Part shown: positions 1 to 13,259 of the stretch, in pieces
How the letters are laid out: every line of letters starts with the position of its first letter
Numbering within the stretch: the first letter of the stretch is position 1
Source: Plasmodiophora brassicae
Lineage: Eukaryota
Assembly (NCBI GenBank): GCA_036867785.1
Contig: CP145424.1
Span: 124,001-188,000 of the forward strand
Direction: 5' to 3'
Length of the DNA: 64,000 nucleotides
Position numbers and translations under genes: made by a program
Notes under the pieces: model-generated
Told to the model about the DNA's origin: nothing
The model's database searches: none
The model's input: only the letters and a program-made list of their open reading frames with translations

Positions 1-35
1 ACGCCGTTCACGCCGTCGTCGACGCCCGGCAGATC

Positions 36-1373
36 GTGACCTTGACGGACGACCTGTCCAGCTATTCGTCGAGAACGACGGCGTCGCCCGTCGTTTCCCT
101 GTCGCCGTGCTGCGCCGTCTGCGAGGACGGCGCCGTTGTCCGCCTGTCCGATCACGTGACGCTGACCAAGGTCCCGACGCCGGTCGCCGCCGTCCTGCAC
201 ACGACCGACCCAGTTCACGTCGCCGTCCAATGCGGCGACGATAACCGGCTGGTCGTCATCGACACGAGCACCGTCCAGACCCGCACGTTCGACCTCGGCC
301 TTGCACGTCCGGTCCGGTCCGGCGCGATCGACCTCGTCACCATGCAGGCCGCTGTCGTCACCGCCGACGACTCCTCACTGCGCTTCATCGATGTCACCCG
401 CGGCCAGCAACTGTCGCAGGATGAGATCGCATCTGATGTCGTCGTCGTCCAAGCTGGCGGCGGGTCCGTGTTCTTTGTCGGCACGTGCGCCTGGTCCGGC
501 GCGTTCGGCGTGCCGCTCCCGGACGTACCTGACGATGCTGTGGCGGTCGCCGCCGTCCACAACGCGACCCATTACGTTGCCCTGCATGCGTCCGGTGACG
601 TTGCGCGTCACGCCATGCCATCTGCAACGCTGGCGTCCTGTATGCGGCGGCGGCGCGAGAGCATCGGCGAACAGGAGCGCGTCACCGACCTGTCCGCGTA
701 CCTGGGCCGTCTCGGCGAACGCGGCCCGGCGAGCGCCCAGGAGCACCATCGGGTCGTGCGCGATTGCATCGCCCGCGCCGACTGGGACGCGTTGCGCGCC
801 ATCGTGCAACGGTACGCGCACGACGTCCCCGACGGATTCTGGGCCGCCCTGCTCGACGCCGGCAGGCACGACGACGTCCTGGCGTTCCTCGGCAGCGTCG
901 ACGTCGACGAACACGACCTGGTGGGCATCGTCGACCGCGTCGCCCCGCTGGCGTCGCCCGTCGCCGCGCGCATCCTGTCGCGGGCGCTCGCCCTGCCGAC
1001 GACGTCGTCGTTCCTGGTCCCGTCGCTGGCCCGCATGTCGCCCGCGTCGTCCGTCGCCCTGTGCGCGCACCTGACCGGCGCCCTGCGTCGACTGCTACAC
1101 GGGCCGGCGGGCGCCGCGGACCTCGGCCTGCACCTGCAGTGGGTCGCCGACCTGCTGGACGCGCAGGCGCCCCGCTTCATCCAGGACGCGCGGTACCGCC
1201 CCGCCCTGAACGACCTCCACGACCTGGTCCGCCAGGCGACCCGATGCGTGCCCGTCGCCGCCGACCTGCTGTCGCTGCTCGCGGCGACGACCGCCATGAA
1301 GCAGCCGTCAGCGGTGGCAGCGGCGACGCCCGCGCATGGTGGGCCGGCGCGCATCGAATCCGTTGTCTGGTAA
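36..1373 (+). CDS. 5'-partial gene: beta-propeller-like N-terminus plus helical C-terminus; possibly NOL11/Utp8-like nucleolar protein
   Basis: 445-aa open frame with strong GC3 bias, ending TAA followed by an AT-rich signal. C-terminal 'RIESVVW' resembles the NOL11-type 'YSIEVLEL' tail; the name is tentative. Confidence 0.45.
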   Translation: MTLTDDLSSYSSRTTASPVVSLSPCCAVCEDGAVVRLSDHVTLTKVPTPVAAVLHTTDPVHVAVQCGDDNRLVVIDTSTVQTRTFDLGLARPVRSGAIDLVTMQAAVVTADDSSLRFIDVTRGQQLSQDEIASDVVVVQAGGGSVFFVGTCAWSGAFGVPLPDVPDDAVAVAAVHNATHYVALHASGDVARHAMPSATLASCMRRRRESIGEQERVTDLSAYLGRLGERGPASAQEHHRVVRDCIARADWDALRAIVQRYAHDVPDGFWAALLDAGRHDDVLAFLGSVDVDEHDLVGIVDRVAPLASPVAARILSRALALPTTSSFLVPSLARMSPASSVALCAHLTGALRRLLHGPAGAADLGLHLQWVADLLDAQAPRFIQDARYRPALNDLHDLVRQATRCVPVAADLLSLLAATTAMKQPSAVAAATPAHGGPARIESVVW

Positions 1374-1421
1374 ATTAAACACGCGCGCCTTGCTGTATGG
1401 GGTCGACCGGGCCAATGCCGT

Positions 1422-2996
1422 CTAGAGCGGGTCGTACGAGTCCAGGTCGTAGACGAAGCGCTGCGCGCCGGCGCCGCAGTTGACCGTCACCGCGTCCGTC
1501 CATTCGTCGTCGTCGTCGTCATCAGCAGCGGCGCCGGGTTCCGGGTCGAGGCCGGCGTGCCGCGACAGGATATGCTTCAGGCTGACGGTCGGGTACCACC
1601 GGGCCGACGACGCCAGCGACGCGTTCGGGAAGGCCGTCCCGACCAGGTCGCCGTTCCTCGTGAAGAAGACGGCGTCCCGGTCCCAGTCGACGCCGCACCC
1701 GACCGTGTCGCCCGGGCCGAACCGACACGCGAACGCCTGCAACGCAGGCGGGTCAGGCACGACCTTCGTCATTACACGAGGGCGGCGTCGTCTCGGCTAC
1801 CGCTCCGCTGCCGTCGTTGTGGAACTTGAACCCGTCGTCGCCGTGGTACCCGAAGCTGGCGCCGCCCGAGGGCCACCCGACAAAGATGCCGGGCAGGCCC
1901 GCCCGGAAGTCGTCGTCGCTGATGCCGACGCCGACCGCGTGCGGCTGGCGCACGACGGTGCACTCAAAGTACGACAGCGCCGGCCGGCGACGACGTCCGG
2001 GCCCGTGCTCGTCGAGGCGGGGCCGCGGGCGCAGGAACGGCCGGTCCGCCCGGAACGAGATGTCGTCGTGCTCCATCTGCAACCTGCGCGGCGTCCCCAC
2101 CGTCAGCATAAACGCCGAAGCTGCAGGCCGAGTCCGACGCACGGCGCGCGCAAGAACAAACTGCGCATGCATGGGCCAGTCGACGCGGCGGGACGTACGA
2201 CGTACCAGAACATGCCGTAGCGATGATACCGGGACAGCTTGTGGACCGGGTTCTGGCTGTGCGCCCGGGACCATTGCCGGGCGCGCCGCGACGACGGTAT
2301 CAGGCTGGTGACGACGACGGGGTGGGCGACGAGGAAGTCGGGCCGGGACCGCCGCTCGACGACGTCGACGACGGTGACGAGCGGGCCGGCCACGTTGGTG
2401 CCCTCCAGGTTCGACCGTTCCAGGATCGACGCGACGATGCGCTGCAGGACGTTGCTCGTCGTCGGTTTCGGGCTGCCCGGCGGCGACGACGGCGGCGACG
2501 GCACGGGCGCGTCCTTCTCGTTCGGCACCGTGAACCATTGCAGGAGCGACGACGAGACCTGCAGGCCGGTCGCCTGCAGGCGCCTGGCCCGCTGGTACCG
2601 CGTTGCCCACGACGCGTCCCGGTTGCTGTCCAGCCCGTCCAGGTCCATGTCGCGGCGAAAGACGCTGACAAGCGACGGGCTCTGCAGCGCCGGGTACATT
2701 GACGTCGATCGCACCTGCGTCGCCGCGATCAGCAGAGGGACGCCCGGTCGACTCGGACAACCGACAGCCACCTTCCACAGGGTCGTACCCCGGCCGACGG
2801 CATCGAACGCGCGACACACGCCGAACAGTCTGGCAAGGTCCTACGCGCGCGCGAAAGAGACAACGCACATGGGTTAGGCAGAGGGCGCGCCCCGCACCGC
2901 CACGATCGTATAACGTACAGGGTCGGGCAGGAACATGGTGACGGCAACGATGACGTCGGTGCCCAGCGCGGTCAGGTGGCTGTCGGCAACCGTCAT
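1422..2996 (-). CDS. F-box + SPRY (B30.2, RanBP9/Ssh4-type) domain protein, multi-exon
   Basis: N-terminal F-box-like 'LTALGTDVIVAVTMFLP'. SPRY motifs 'YFECTV..VGVG..VGW..SFGYHGDDG' and 'FGPGDTVGCGVD..VFFTRNG..YPTVSL' are spread over ORFs joined by short introns. Confidence 0.8.
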
Positions 2997-3191
2997 CGGT
3001 GGTCGACGGCCAGGCACCACACGCCCGCCCCGGTCGACGCCTCTCGCGCCGTACAGGTATGGGTGGGGGGACGATGGGCGCGTACACGACGCTTGCCAGT
3101 GACTGGCAGCATCGCGGGTCGACACTGCGCTGGAGAGACACGTTCGCGAATCACCCACCCCCCACCATGCCATTTACTGTTGTACGTCGTG

Positions 3192-6100
3192 TCAGGCGAT
3201 CCTGCCGAGGACCATGGGGACCAGCAGCGGCAGGACGACGACGAGGAAGCAGACGGTCATCAGCAGGGCCTTGCGCTTGGCGAACAGGTCGAGGCCGTTC
3301 AGCAGGCGGGACCCGACCGCCCAGGGCGGGGGCTTGCGGGCCGGCGGCGCCAGGTACGGGTCGCGGTTCGGCGCGTTCTGCGCCTCGCCGACCGGGGCGG
3401 CGTCGGCCTGCTCGCGGGCCAGCGCCCACAGCTCGACGTTGACCTCGCCGAGCGCCTTGCCGGGCGCGTCCGGGTGCTCGATCGGCAACCACTGCGCGCC
3501 GACGTGCACCTGGCGGCGCTGGTCGCGCAGCGCCTCGCCGAACGACGGCCCGAGGTTGACGAGCACGTCGCCGATGGCGCTGCGCCCGAACAGGTCGGCG
3601 TCCCAGACGGTCAGCTTCACCCGGGGCACCTTGCAGGGCAGCGCCAGGCGGTAGACGAGCCGGTAGTTGAAGTCGGCGCTGGCGCCCGCCCCCCAGGCCG
3701 TGTCGGTCGACTTGACGACGTCGCCGACGCCGCCAAAGTTCGCCGTCGCCGTCACGTACTGGTCGATCTCGTCCAGGCGCCCGGCGTCGTCGTCGCCGGT
3801 GGGGCGGCGAACGTCGCGCGTCGCCCAGACGACCAGGCGCAGCTCGTACGGTTCGGGTTCGGGGCGCGTCAGCACCTCGGCGGGCGCGTCCTGCGCCTCC
3901 TGCCAGTCGAGCACGTCGACGCGCATGTCGACCTTGCCCTGCGGCAGGTCGCTGGCGCCGACGCCCGCCAGCAGGCGGCGCTCGCGGCGCTGGGCCGCCT
4001 TCAGGCCCCGCCAGGCCGGGTTCGCCAGGCGCTGCTCGACGTCGACGACGGTCGCCCCGATCAGGCTGTCGGCGCCGAGCGCGTCCCGGTGCCACAGGGC
4101 GACCTGCAGGCGCGCGTTCTCGGGGAACCGGCTGTCGAACTGGAACACGCGGCAGACGGACGGGTTCAGGTCGTCGTCGTCGCCGGCGCCGGAGACCTCG
4201 GCAGAGGCGCGGTCGTTGACGACGTGGTCCCGGTCGCTGCCGTTGCGAACGACGCAGTAGGGCAGGAGGCGGTCGGCCGGGCCGATCCAGGCGGAGCGCG
4301 GCCGCAGGCTCAGGCCGGCGTAGACGTACACGCGGACGACGTACGGGGCGGCCAGCCGGTCGAACAGGTCGGCGTCGCCGGCGAACGCGTCCAGGTCGCC
4401 GGGCGACCCGGACACGATCGTGGCCTGCGCCCGATCAGCGATGTCGATGCGGCGACGACGACGCGGACCGACCTTCAGGTGGCCGACGGGGACGCGCGCC
4501 AGGCGGGCGCCCAGCAGACCGTCCAGGGCGGCGTCCCGGCCCCGGAACAGGGCCCATGGGCGCAGGCGATCCGGCCGGGGCCACTGCGCCTCCAGCACGT
4601 CGTCCAGGGCGCATTCGCTGGCGGCGCCGCCCGCCGTCAGCAGCACGCCGTCGTCCTTGTTGTTGTTATTGTCGCCCTCGTTGAACGCGCGCACGTCGAC
4701 GCCCTCCCTGTCGATCGACTGCACCTTGGACACGTGCACGTTGACGCTGTCGACGTCCAGCGCCAGGCACGGCGCGCCCCGGCGCCCGGCAGCGGCGTCG
4801 CCTGGCGCCGCCTGACGACGCTGAATACAAACCCTAAGGAACGCAGGAGCAGCAGCGGGCGCGCGCGGGCGATACCGTTGGCGGCGGCGTCGTCGGCGCG
4901 TACCATCTGGCCGGGTCGCGTTCGGGCCGCTCGGCGTACTGCAGGTCGCCCTTGGGCGAACGCGTGCAGTGCACGTCGGCCAGCGGCACGTACCTGCGGT
5001 CAGCAGCAGGTGCACGTTCAGCAGCGGGAGCGGGAGCAGCGGGAGCCGTCGTACCGATAGGCGATGGGGGTGCGCCCCGTGACGCGCTGGTCGTAGAGGC
5101 GGATCTGGACGGCGAACGCGTCCAGGTCAGCGAGCGGCACGAGCACGCCGTCGAAGCGGACCAGGGCGCGGTAGTCGACCGACCCGTCCGACGCGGCCGT
5201 CATCGCCACCGGCCCGACTGTGTGTGCGTGTCACGACACGCGACGGGACGGGGCGGGCGCGCGCGCGCTTACGGGTGCGCACGTGCTGGGCGCCGGGTGC
5301 CGCCCCGGGCGTCAGGTCGGGCAGGGCGACCTCCAGCACCGGGTTCGACAGCGGCGACGGACCGGCGCCGGGCAGGAAGACGGCGCGCGCCCCGAGCACC
5401 TGCAACGCCACCGTGTGCGGCTCCAGCGCCGGCGCCTGTGTCGCCGGATTCGGTGTCAGCAACGCGCTCGCCGGTGCCGACCGTGTGTGCCGACCGCGGC
5501 CAACGTCGACGCCTGCCCCCGCGGCACCAGGTCGAACGTTGCCAGCAGGAACGCGGCCGTGCCGCCCGGCGACCGCAGCGGGTACCGCGTCGGCGGCGCC
5601 GACGACGTCGTGGCGCCTTCCGACGACGACGACGTGGCGACGCCCAGGTCGGCGCCGGCGAGGTAGACGCGCGCCCCGGCCAGGCCGCCGTCGTGGTAGA
5701 CGGCCACGACGACCCGGGGCGCCGCCAGGTCCGCATCGATCGACACGTCCATCGTCAGGTCCTCGTTCCAGACCTGGGCGGGCGCGGGCGCGCGTCAGGG
5801 GCGCGGGCGCGGGCGTACGCACACACGCACGTACCGGGTAGAGCGTCTCGTAGCGCGTCGTGGTTGTCGCCGACGCGCCCGCCAGGCGCACGACGACGAA
5901 CGCGTTGGACAGGGACGCGTCGGTGGCGGCGGGCAGGTCGGCGGCCGAGGCGATGCGGGCGCGCAGGACGTAGGGGCGGGGGCGCGCGCGCACCAGCCCC
6001 CGGCGCAGGCAGGCGCGCTCGTAGGGCGCGTGCCCGGCGGGCCCGACCCCGACCGTGAACAGCAGGGCGCCGGCCGGCGTCAGCGTGCGCCACCGGGGCG

Positions 6101-7671
6101 CCCAGCAGGCGTCGTCGTCGCCGCCGCCGTCAGCAGCGTCGGCGTTGACGGCCCAGTCGGCGCCCGGCGGCAGCAGGTCGACGAGGCGCAGGCGCAGGTG
6201 GGCGACCTGGGCGCGCACCAGGCCGACCGTCCGCGTCGCCCGCACGATCACGTCGGGCGCCTGCGCCGGGTCCCGCGGCTGGACGCTCGTCAGCGGGCGG
6301 AAGTCGCAGTCGAACGTGACGGCGTCGGCGCCGGCGACGACGCTCGGCGACGACAGGCGCGCGCCGCCAAAGTCGACGTCGACGGCGACCTGACCGGTGC
6401 CCGCGAGGCCGGCAGCGCCGTACAGCTGGAACTTGAGCACGTACGGGACCGTGCCGGGCTCGTCCGACATGGCGTCCAGCGGTAGGGACAGCAGGCGCGT
6501 GCGGCGCACGGGCGTCACCGACAGGCGCACGAGCAGGCGGCCGGCGTACGCGGGCGCCGCCGGGTCGCCGCCGCGCCGGAACGCGCCCAGGATCGGGCCC
6601 AGGACGCCGCCCGGCGCCGGATCCTGAACGAAACGGGGGGCGTCAGCGACGTGCACGGTGTCGCGCCCCTCCCGTGCGCGCGCGTGTGTGTACCGGTGCG
6701 TCGGCGTAGAAGCAGATCCAGCGCGGTCCCCAGGGCTTGTAGTTCAGGTCGTTCTGGGAGAAGGCGGCGGCGGCGACCAGGCGGTCGGGTCGGCCGCGCC
6801 GCCCCTCGTCCCAGAGCATGACCTCGATGGCGTCGCTGGCGACCGGCAGGTAGAAGGGCATCTCGAAGCGCCGGTTGAAGATCGGGTTGGCCTGGTGCGC
6901 CCGCGTCGCCGTCCGCACCGTGTTGCCGTTGAAGCGGACGGACACGAACGGGCGCTGACCCAGGTGCAGGCCCTCGCCGCGGTACACGAGCACGTTCAGG
7001 TGGAACGGGCGGTGCCGGGCGGGCGGGATCCGGAGCACGGCGCCGCCCGCGTCGCCGACGGCGGCGGACGACGACGGGATCGTCGGGGGCGGGTCGCCGG
7101 GGCGCAGGACGGCCACGCTGAGCAGGACCTGGCCGCGTTCGCGGTGCGGCTCGGCCGGCACGTGCAGCGGCATCCACTGCCGGCACAGCGCCCTGCCCTT
7201 CTTCCTGTAGATGAAGCTGAGCGAGATCTCGACGGTCCCTGCGGTCGCGTCCGGTCAGGGGCGAGTAGATGGCGCGCGACGGGCGCGCCGGCGCCCACCG
7301 ATGAGTTCGTCGCGCCGGATCGTGTTCCGGTCGTAGACCTTGACGGCGACCTTCTCGGCGGCGAACTCCCGGTCGGTCAGCCAGACGTCGTCAAAGATGA
7401 ACGTCTTCTCCCACAGGGCGTTGTTCGTGTCCGGCTGGTGGCAGGTCGTCTGCCGGCGCCGGCTCGTCGGCCCGATCTCGACGGTGCACAGCGCGTCGGA
7501 CGTGCCCTGCGCGCTCCTGCAACGTGGGGCGGCATCCCGCGTGTGTCACACCGGTCGTCGTCGTGGACGCGCAGGCACGCTGGCGACGTACAGGCCGGGC
7601 AGACCGCGCGCCTCCACGATATGCGCCACGATCATGTGCGGCGTCGGCGCCATGCTGACGGCCGCCGCCAT
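3192..7671 (-). CDS. Ferlin-family multi-C2-domain tail-anchored membrane protein, multi-exon
   Basis: Successive C2 domains ('AHIVEARGL', 'NVLVYRGEGL..NPIFN', 'VRVYVYAGLSL', 'YELRLVVWATRDV..TDTAW..FNYRLV'), the ferlin motif 'PVGEAQNAPNRDPYLAPPAR' and one C-terminal transmembrane helix. Confidence 0.9.
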
Positions 7672-8195
7672 CGCCGCCGGACGTTGCCGTTTCCTGTGCT
7701 GTGCGTGCCTGCTGCTGCTGTCGCTGCCGCCGCCCTGCGGGTCCCCGTCACAGCCGCTTTGCCAGCGGGTGCACAGCGTTTCGGGCGCGCGCGCGCTGCC
7801 CCTGTACGAGAACTGGACGCACCCGGGTGTGTGTCGTGTGCATCCACAGCCGTGCACGTACGGACGTGATCGCTGGTGGTGGGGAGCGTGCCGACCTCCC
7901 GGAAGGCAGCGACGAAGGGCGGCACGTGCGGCCGCATCGTTTAATGTAATACTCGTTTCGTTTTGGCACGTGTGACGTGTGCGGCCGAGCCGGCTGCGGG
8001 GGCCCCATGCCATTGCCGCATGCGGCATGCGCATCTCTCGGACCAGCGCCTGCACCCACCCGGGGTCGCTAAATATAGGGGTGGCCCGCCCGCGTCCCAC
8101 TTGGCGCACAACAACAGTGCGCGACTGCGGGTTGCCGTTCCGCCCGAACCCCGCACGGCCCGCGTCCACTGGACGGTTGCTGCCACATTTCGATA

Positions 8196-9245
8196 ATGAC
8201 GTTGTTGTTGTCGTCGTCGTCGTCAACCGCGAGGGCATTGCCCGTCCTCGTCGTCGTCGTTGCCGTCGTCGGCCTGGCCCTGGCCGTGGGGGCCGGCGCC
8301 GCCATGCCGACGTCGGCGCGCCGGCGCCACGGCACGGAACCGATCGGGCTGTTCACGGAGCGGAGCCGCCCGCAGAACGTCATGTCGTTCCTGACGGAGG
8401 GGGCCGGCGGCGGCGATCACGACGACCCGAACGGGAAACGCGGGTCGCCGTCGTCCGGCAGCATGGCGCCCAGCGCGGGCGTCGTGCAGGACGTCGTCGC
8501 CGGCGTGACGCCGGACGTGTCGGCGATCCCGCAGGAGCTGCCCGGCAGCGGGTCCACGTCGTCGTTCCCGCCGCAGTTTGTGGGACCGCTGACGCCGCTG
8601 GCGGATGACCATTGTCGAGGTCCGCACCGGGGCACCCGCGATCTGGGTTCGCCTCGATCGCTGCCCGACGACTCCGCGGACGTGTCGTCGTCGCCGGCGC
8701 CGACGCCACCGGCGCCGGCCCCGGCCGATCCCGCACCGGACCGGACGCCACCGCCCGCGGCGTCGTCGTGGACGTGGCTGAACAGGTACACGGTGGCGCT
8801 CGGCGGCGTCGCGGGCGTGACGGCGCTGGCTAAGGCGGTCCTGTCGCCGAGGCCGGCGCCTGCGAGGCCGACCGCGTCGCAGCAGATCGTCGATGTGCTG
8901 CAGAGCCGGTACACGCCGGTGGTCGGGGCCGCCCTCGGCTCCATCATTGCGTCGGGGCTCGCCGCCCACCACGTCCGGCAGTCGGACCGCGCCGTCCCGG
9001 TCCGCTACACGCTGCTGCCGGCCGCCGACGCCTGGAACGACGACCAGAAGGACAAGTGCGGGAAGCACGGGGCGATCGCCGTCGGCATCCTCGTCGCCGT
9101 GTTCGTCGTCGCGCTCGGCTGCTCGCTGCAGATCGGGCACCTGTCCCGCGTGCGCAATTCCCCGCCCCGAATCCGCTTCCACTACTCCATCGACGACGTC
9201 GCCGTCCGCGTCCCGCTCGTCCCGCCGCGGGCCTGCACCGCCTAG
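8196..9245 (+). CDS. Hypothetical protein with signal peptide, Pro/Ser-rich region and 2-3 hydrophobic segments
   Basis: 349-aa ATG-started ORF with hydrophobic leader 'LPVLVVVVAVVGLALAVGAGA' and C-terminal TM 'AIAVGILVAVFVVALGCSL'. Confidence 0.7.
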   Translation: MTLLLSSSSSTARALPVLVVVVAVVGLALAVGAGAAMPTSARRRHGTEPIGLFTERSRPQNVMSFLTEGAGGGDHDDPNGKRGSPSSGSMAPSAGVVQDVVAGVTPDVSAIPQELPGSGSTSSFPPQFVGPLTPLADDHCRGPHRGTRDLGSPRSLPDDSADVSSSPAPTPPAPAPADPAPDRTPPPAASSWTWLNRYTVALGGVAGVTALAKAVLSPRPAPARPTASQQIVDVLQSRYTPVVGAALGSIIASGLAAHHVRQSDRAVPVRYTLLPAADAWNDDQKDKCGKHGAIAVGILVAVFVVALGCSLQIGHLSRVRNSPPRIRFHYSIDDVAVRVPLVPPRACTA

Positions 9246-9497
9246 GCAGCCCGCCATGTAAACAAGCGCAACAGCAGCGTTCTACGTGACACAGTACACG
9301 TCGTCCCCTATTCTATAATTTATACATTCCGTGGTGGGCACACACACCAGCGCTGGTGTGTGTGTGTGTGTGCCGCAGTTCCGCAACGGACGCACCGTGC
9401 AGACTGCAGTGCGCACGCGCTCGCGCAGTGACGACGACCCCCCCGCGTGGTAGGTCGACGACGGCAACGATGGCGGCAGCAGTACCCGGGGCGCATG

Positions 9498-11878
9498 CTA
9501 CGGGTCTGCCGCCGCCGTGCACCACACCAGGGTGACGTCGTACGAGATGCGGCCGGCGTACACGCCGCCGAGCGACAGGGGCGACGTCAGCGAATGCGTC
9601 GGCGTGGGCAGGCCGGGGTCGTCGCCGCCGCCGTGCTGGGCCAGGACGGGCGCGACCTGTCGAAAGTCGGCGACGCCGAACCCGATCGGGCCGGGTCGGT
9701 CGGCGCCGTCGGCCCCGGCGACCTCGACGTGGAACGGCATCTGGACCAGGCGGGCCAGGTTCGTGTACCGTATGGGGAACAGGTCGCGCGGTCGCTGCGG
9801 GTCCAGCGTCGCCTTGCCGTGCGGCAGGACCGGCGACCGCAGCTTGACGGTCGGCGCCGGCACCGGGTTGTCCAGCGCGTCCGTCACGAGGACGACGGCG
9901 AACGACAGGTCCAGGCGGGCGTACCGCGGGTCGCAGCACGGCTGGTAGTAGAAGGTGTCCATCTCGAACACCGAGTAGATCGGCTTGTGGTCGCTCGTGC
10001 AGACGTCCTTGCAGATGCTGAACTCGAGCTGGCGCGACGGCACCCTCGACTTCCACAGGATGCGGTCGCACCAGGCCGGCGACCGCACCGGGTTGTAGTC
10101 GAGGACGCACCCGGGCAGGACCTTGAACGACGGCTCAAAGTCGTAGGCGCCCTCGACGAACTCGCACAGGACGCCGTTCGCCTGCATCTCGTGGCGCAGC
10201 TGGTCCTTGGCGAACAGGCGCGGCCACTGCCGGTGCCGGATCAGCTCGATCATCAGGTTGAACTGCTCCGGGCTGGGCGTCTTCGCCGACCCCTGGCTGC
10301 CGAAGTCCACCCGGTAGTTCAGGTCGCCCATCAGGACCAGGTGGTCGAACTGGTGCACCGCGTCCGTCATCGTCGACGCGAACTGGATGCCGCGCAGGAT
10401 GTCGCTCAGGTCGGCGTTGCGCCTCGCCGATCGGTGCTGCACAGACACGGGGGGAGCGATCGGTCAGAGCGCGGCCCAACGGCGCCAGCGACAGTATGGG
10501 GGGCGACCTGATGCGCGGCCAGGTGCATCGACACGAAGCAGAACGACGAGTGGCGCAGTTGCAGGGCGACGCAGGCGCCGCCCTTGTTGCCGAGCACGTG
10601 GCCGACGCCGGTCGCCACCGTCCGCCGCTTCGGCGTCGTGATCAGCGACGCGATCCGGCTGCTGGCGAACACGACGATCCGGATGCCCCACAGGCCCTCG
10701 TGCTTGACGAGGACGTAGTCGTCGGGGCCGCCCAGCGCCTGGTGCAGGCTGCCGACCCAGTCGTCGACGCAGGTCGTGAACGGCGGCCGCGGGTCGTAGA
10801 CGCACTCCTGCGAGGCGATCGCCACCAGGTCGCACAGGCTGGCCCGATGCAGCCACCGGCGAACGTCGTCGGGCGGCGCCGCCTCGCCGACGTTCCACGT
10901 GCCCGTGAACACGCTGATGCCCTGCGTGAAGATGGCGTCGTCGTCCAGGGGGCGCTGCGCCGCCACCAGGTCGAGGCGATCGCGCAGGAACGCCGGCGTC
11001 TGCATCGTGGCGTCGGCGACCGTGTCGGCCGGGACGGCGTACACCTGCAGGTGGAGCTGGGATCCGGACTCGCGCCCGTACCGGTCGGCCAGCGACAGCC
11101 ATCGGTGCAGGCCGCAGGCGCGGCCCTGCCCGAACAGGTCGCGATCGAGGTCCAGGCGCGACACGTCCAGGTTGAAGGCGCCCTGCAGCGACGTGTCGTC
11201 GAAGAACGACATCGTCTTGCTCGCCGTGCAGTAGACGGCGACGTGCAGGACGTCGTCGGGCGTGACGGCGCCGAACGACAGGATCTCGTTCCAGGTCGGC
11301 GGGATCGCATCCGACGCCGACGTGCGCTGGCAGTGCCAGGGGGCGGGCAGGGCCCGGGCCGGCGCCGGGTCCTGCCGGACGTGCGTCACCTCGGCGTGGC
11401 AGTGGAACGACCCGCCGGCGTTCGCCTTCTGCCAGTCCAGGTTGCGGACCTCGAGGACGCGAACGTGCAGGACCCACTGGCCGGTCTGGCGCTGCCAGCG
11501 CCGGCGGCGCTCGGCGACGGCGTCGGCGGCGGCGGCCGCGTTGATGGCGTGGACCCAGGCGGCGGCCGCGTTGATGCTCGACGACTTGAGGCGCAGGACG
11601 CCGAACGACGTCAGCAGGTGGAAGTGCTTCGGCGACTTGTGCGGGACGGGCGCGTGCTCCAGGCGCGGGACGGCGGCGACGTCGTACAGCGGCAGGATCT
11701 CGGCGGGCGCCGCCTGCGATCGGTAGGCGCGCTCCGATTTGAACGCGAACAGGACGGCGTCGGTCAGGACGTAGAACAGCTTCTTCTTTTTGGCCTGCGG
11801 TCGCGACCGCCACAGCGACCCGTGGCGGGTGACGCGCGCGCTGTCCGCCTCCACGACGTTATCGTCGTCGTCGGCCAT
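9498..11878 (-). CDS. Inositol polyphosphate 5-phosphatase with N-terminal PH and C2 domains
   Basis: PH ('KKLFYVLTDAVLFAFKS..AAAWVHAI') and C2 ('VRVLEVRNL..PTWNE') domains. IPPc motifs 'GTWNV', 'GNKGG', 'HLAAH', 'GDLNYR', 'PAWCDRILW', 'SDHKP'. One intron at about 10435-10507. Confidence 0.93.
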
Positions 11879-12294
11879 GCCGGGCGCGCGACCCGCCCGC
11901 CGCCCCTGGGCGATCCCGCCAAATTGGAAACGGCCGCGCGCCCCTCCCCGACGACTGGCGGCGGCGGGGCGTGCCGGCGTGACGTGACGTCGGTCGGCAC
12001 TTGGCACGGACCCTCGACCACCACCACCACCACCACCACAGCAAAACACGGATCGCACCCGAGTCCTATTTTCAGGACCGGGGCAGTGGTGCGCTACACA
12101 TCAGGCGCAGTTCACTGCACTGCACTGCCGTCCGACTACCTACGACGTAACACCTTCGCTGCATACCACCTGTGCAGCCTGGTGCGACTGGGGTCGCCGT
12201 CTGTTAGCTGCCGACGGGATCAAAACGCCGCCCGCAGTCGCCAGACAGAGAGAGGCTCCGGCGGCGTTGCTGCGGCTGATTCGCGCTGTGCGCG

Positions 12295-13130
12295 ATGCTG
12301 TCGTCGCGGATGCCGCGCGAGCTGCGCCTGCTGAGCGAGTCGCCGGCGCCGGGGATCGCCGCCTGGCCCAGGGACGAGTCGTGCATGACGCTGCTGGACG
12401 CGCGCATCGCCGGCCCGCCCGGGTCGCCCTACGAAGGCGGCAGCTTCCGCCTCGAGGTCGGCGTCCCGGACCGGTACCCGTTCGAGCCGCCCAAGGTAAA
12501 AACGGGCGTCGTCGAGCGCTCTCGTTGGATTGTCGCCCGTCTACAGCGGTGTTCGATCGCCAGGTGAAGTTCCTGACGCCGATCTACCATGCGAACATCG
12601 ACGCGGCCGGTCGCATCTGCCTGGACACGTTGAAGATGCCGCCGAGTGGCGCCTGGACGCCGTCGCTGAACATCTCGACGGTCCTGTCCTCGATCGCCCT
12701 GCTGATGGGCCATCCGAACCCGGACGGTGTGGTCGCTCGCGACCCTGCCCCGACGTGTCTGCGTAGCTGACGGGCGACACCACAGATGGTCTGGTCGCCG
12801 AGATCGCCGAGCACTGCCAGCGGGATCGCGCCGGGTACGATGCGACGGCCAGGGAGTGGACCAGGCGGTATGCGATGGACGGCGACGTGCCGAAGCAGGA
12901 GACGAAGCCGTCGTCGTCGTCGCGTGACGGTACGGACGACGATTCGTCCGATGACGACAGCCGGGAGGGCGCCCCTTCGGTTCGTCATGTGATCGTTCCG
13001 TCCGTCTGACGTAGCGCTGTCCTGACTGTTGTGCCTGCGCGTATCGGTGTAGGAGCGTCCAAGCACGAAGCGTGCCCTGGGCGAACCCGCATCGTCGTCG
13101 TCCGGCAAGCGCCCCTGCCCGGATGTGTAA
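12295..13130 (+). CDS. UBE2T: Ubiquitin-conjugating enzyme E2, UBE2T-like, about 4 exons
   Basis: '[70 protein letters not shown]'. The 'LKMPP.GAW' insert is typical of UBE2T. The last exon (13053-13130) is inferred. Confidence 0.88.
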
Positions 13131-13259
13131 ACGCTTCGCCAGTGTATTCCATGTGTCGGTTCCGTGTCCGCTCTCTAGGGTGCTGTCGTCTACGTTTGTA
13201 GATTATGGCGCCTGCGCCGGGCCTGTCGGGGGTCGTGCACGGCTACCTATCGCAGCAAC

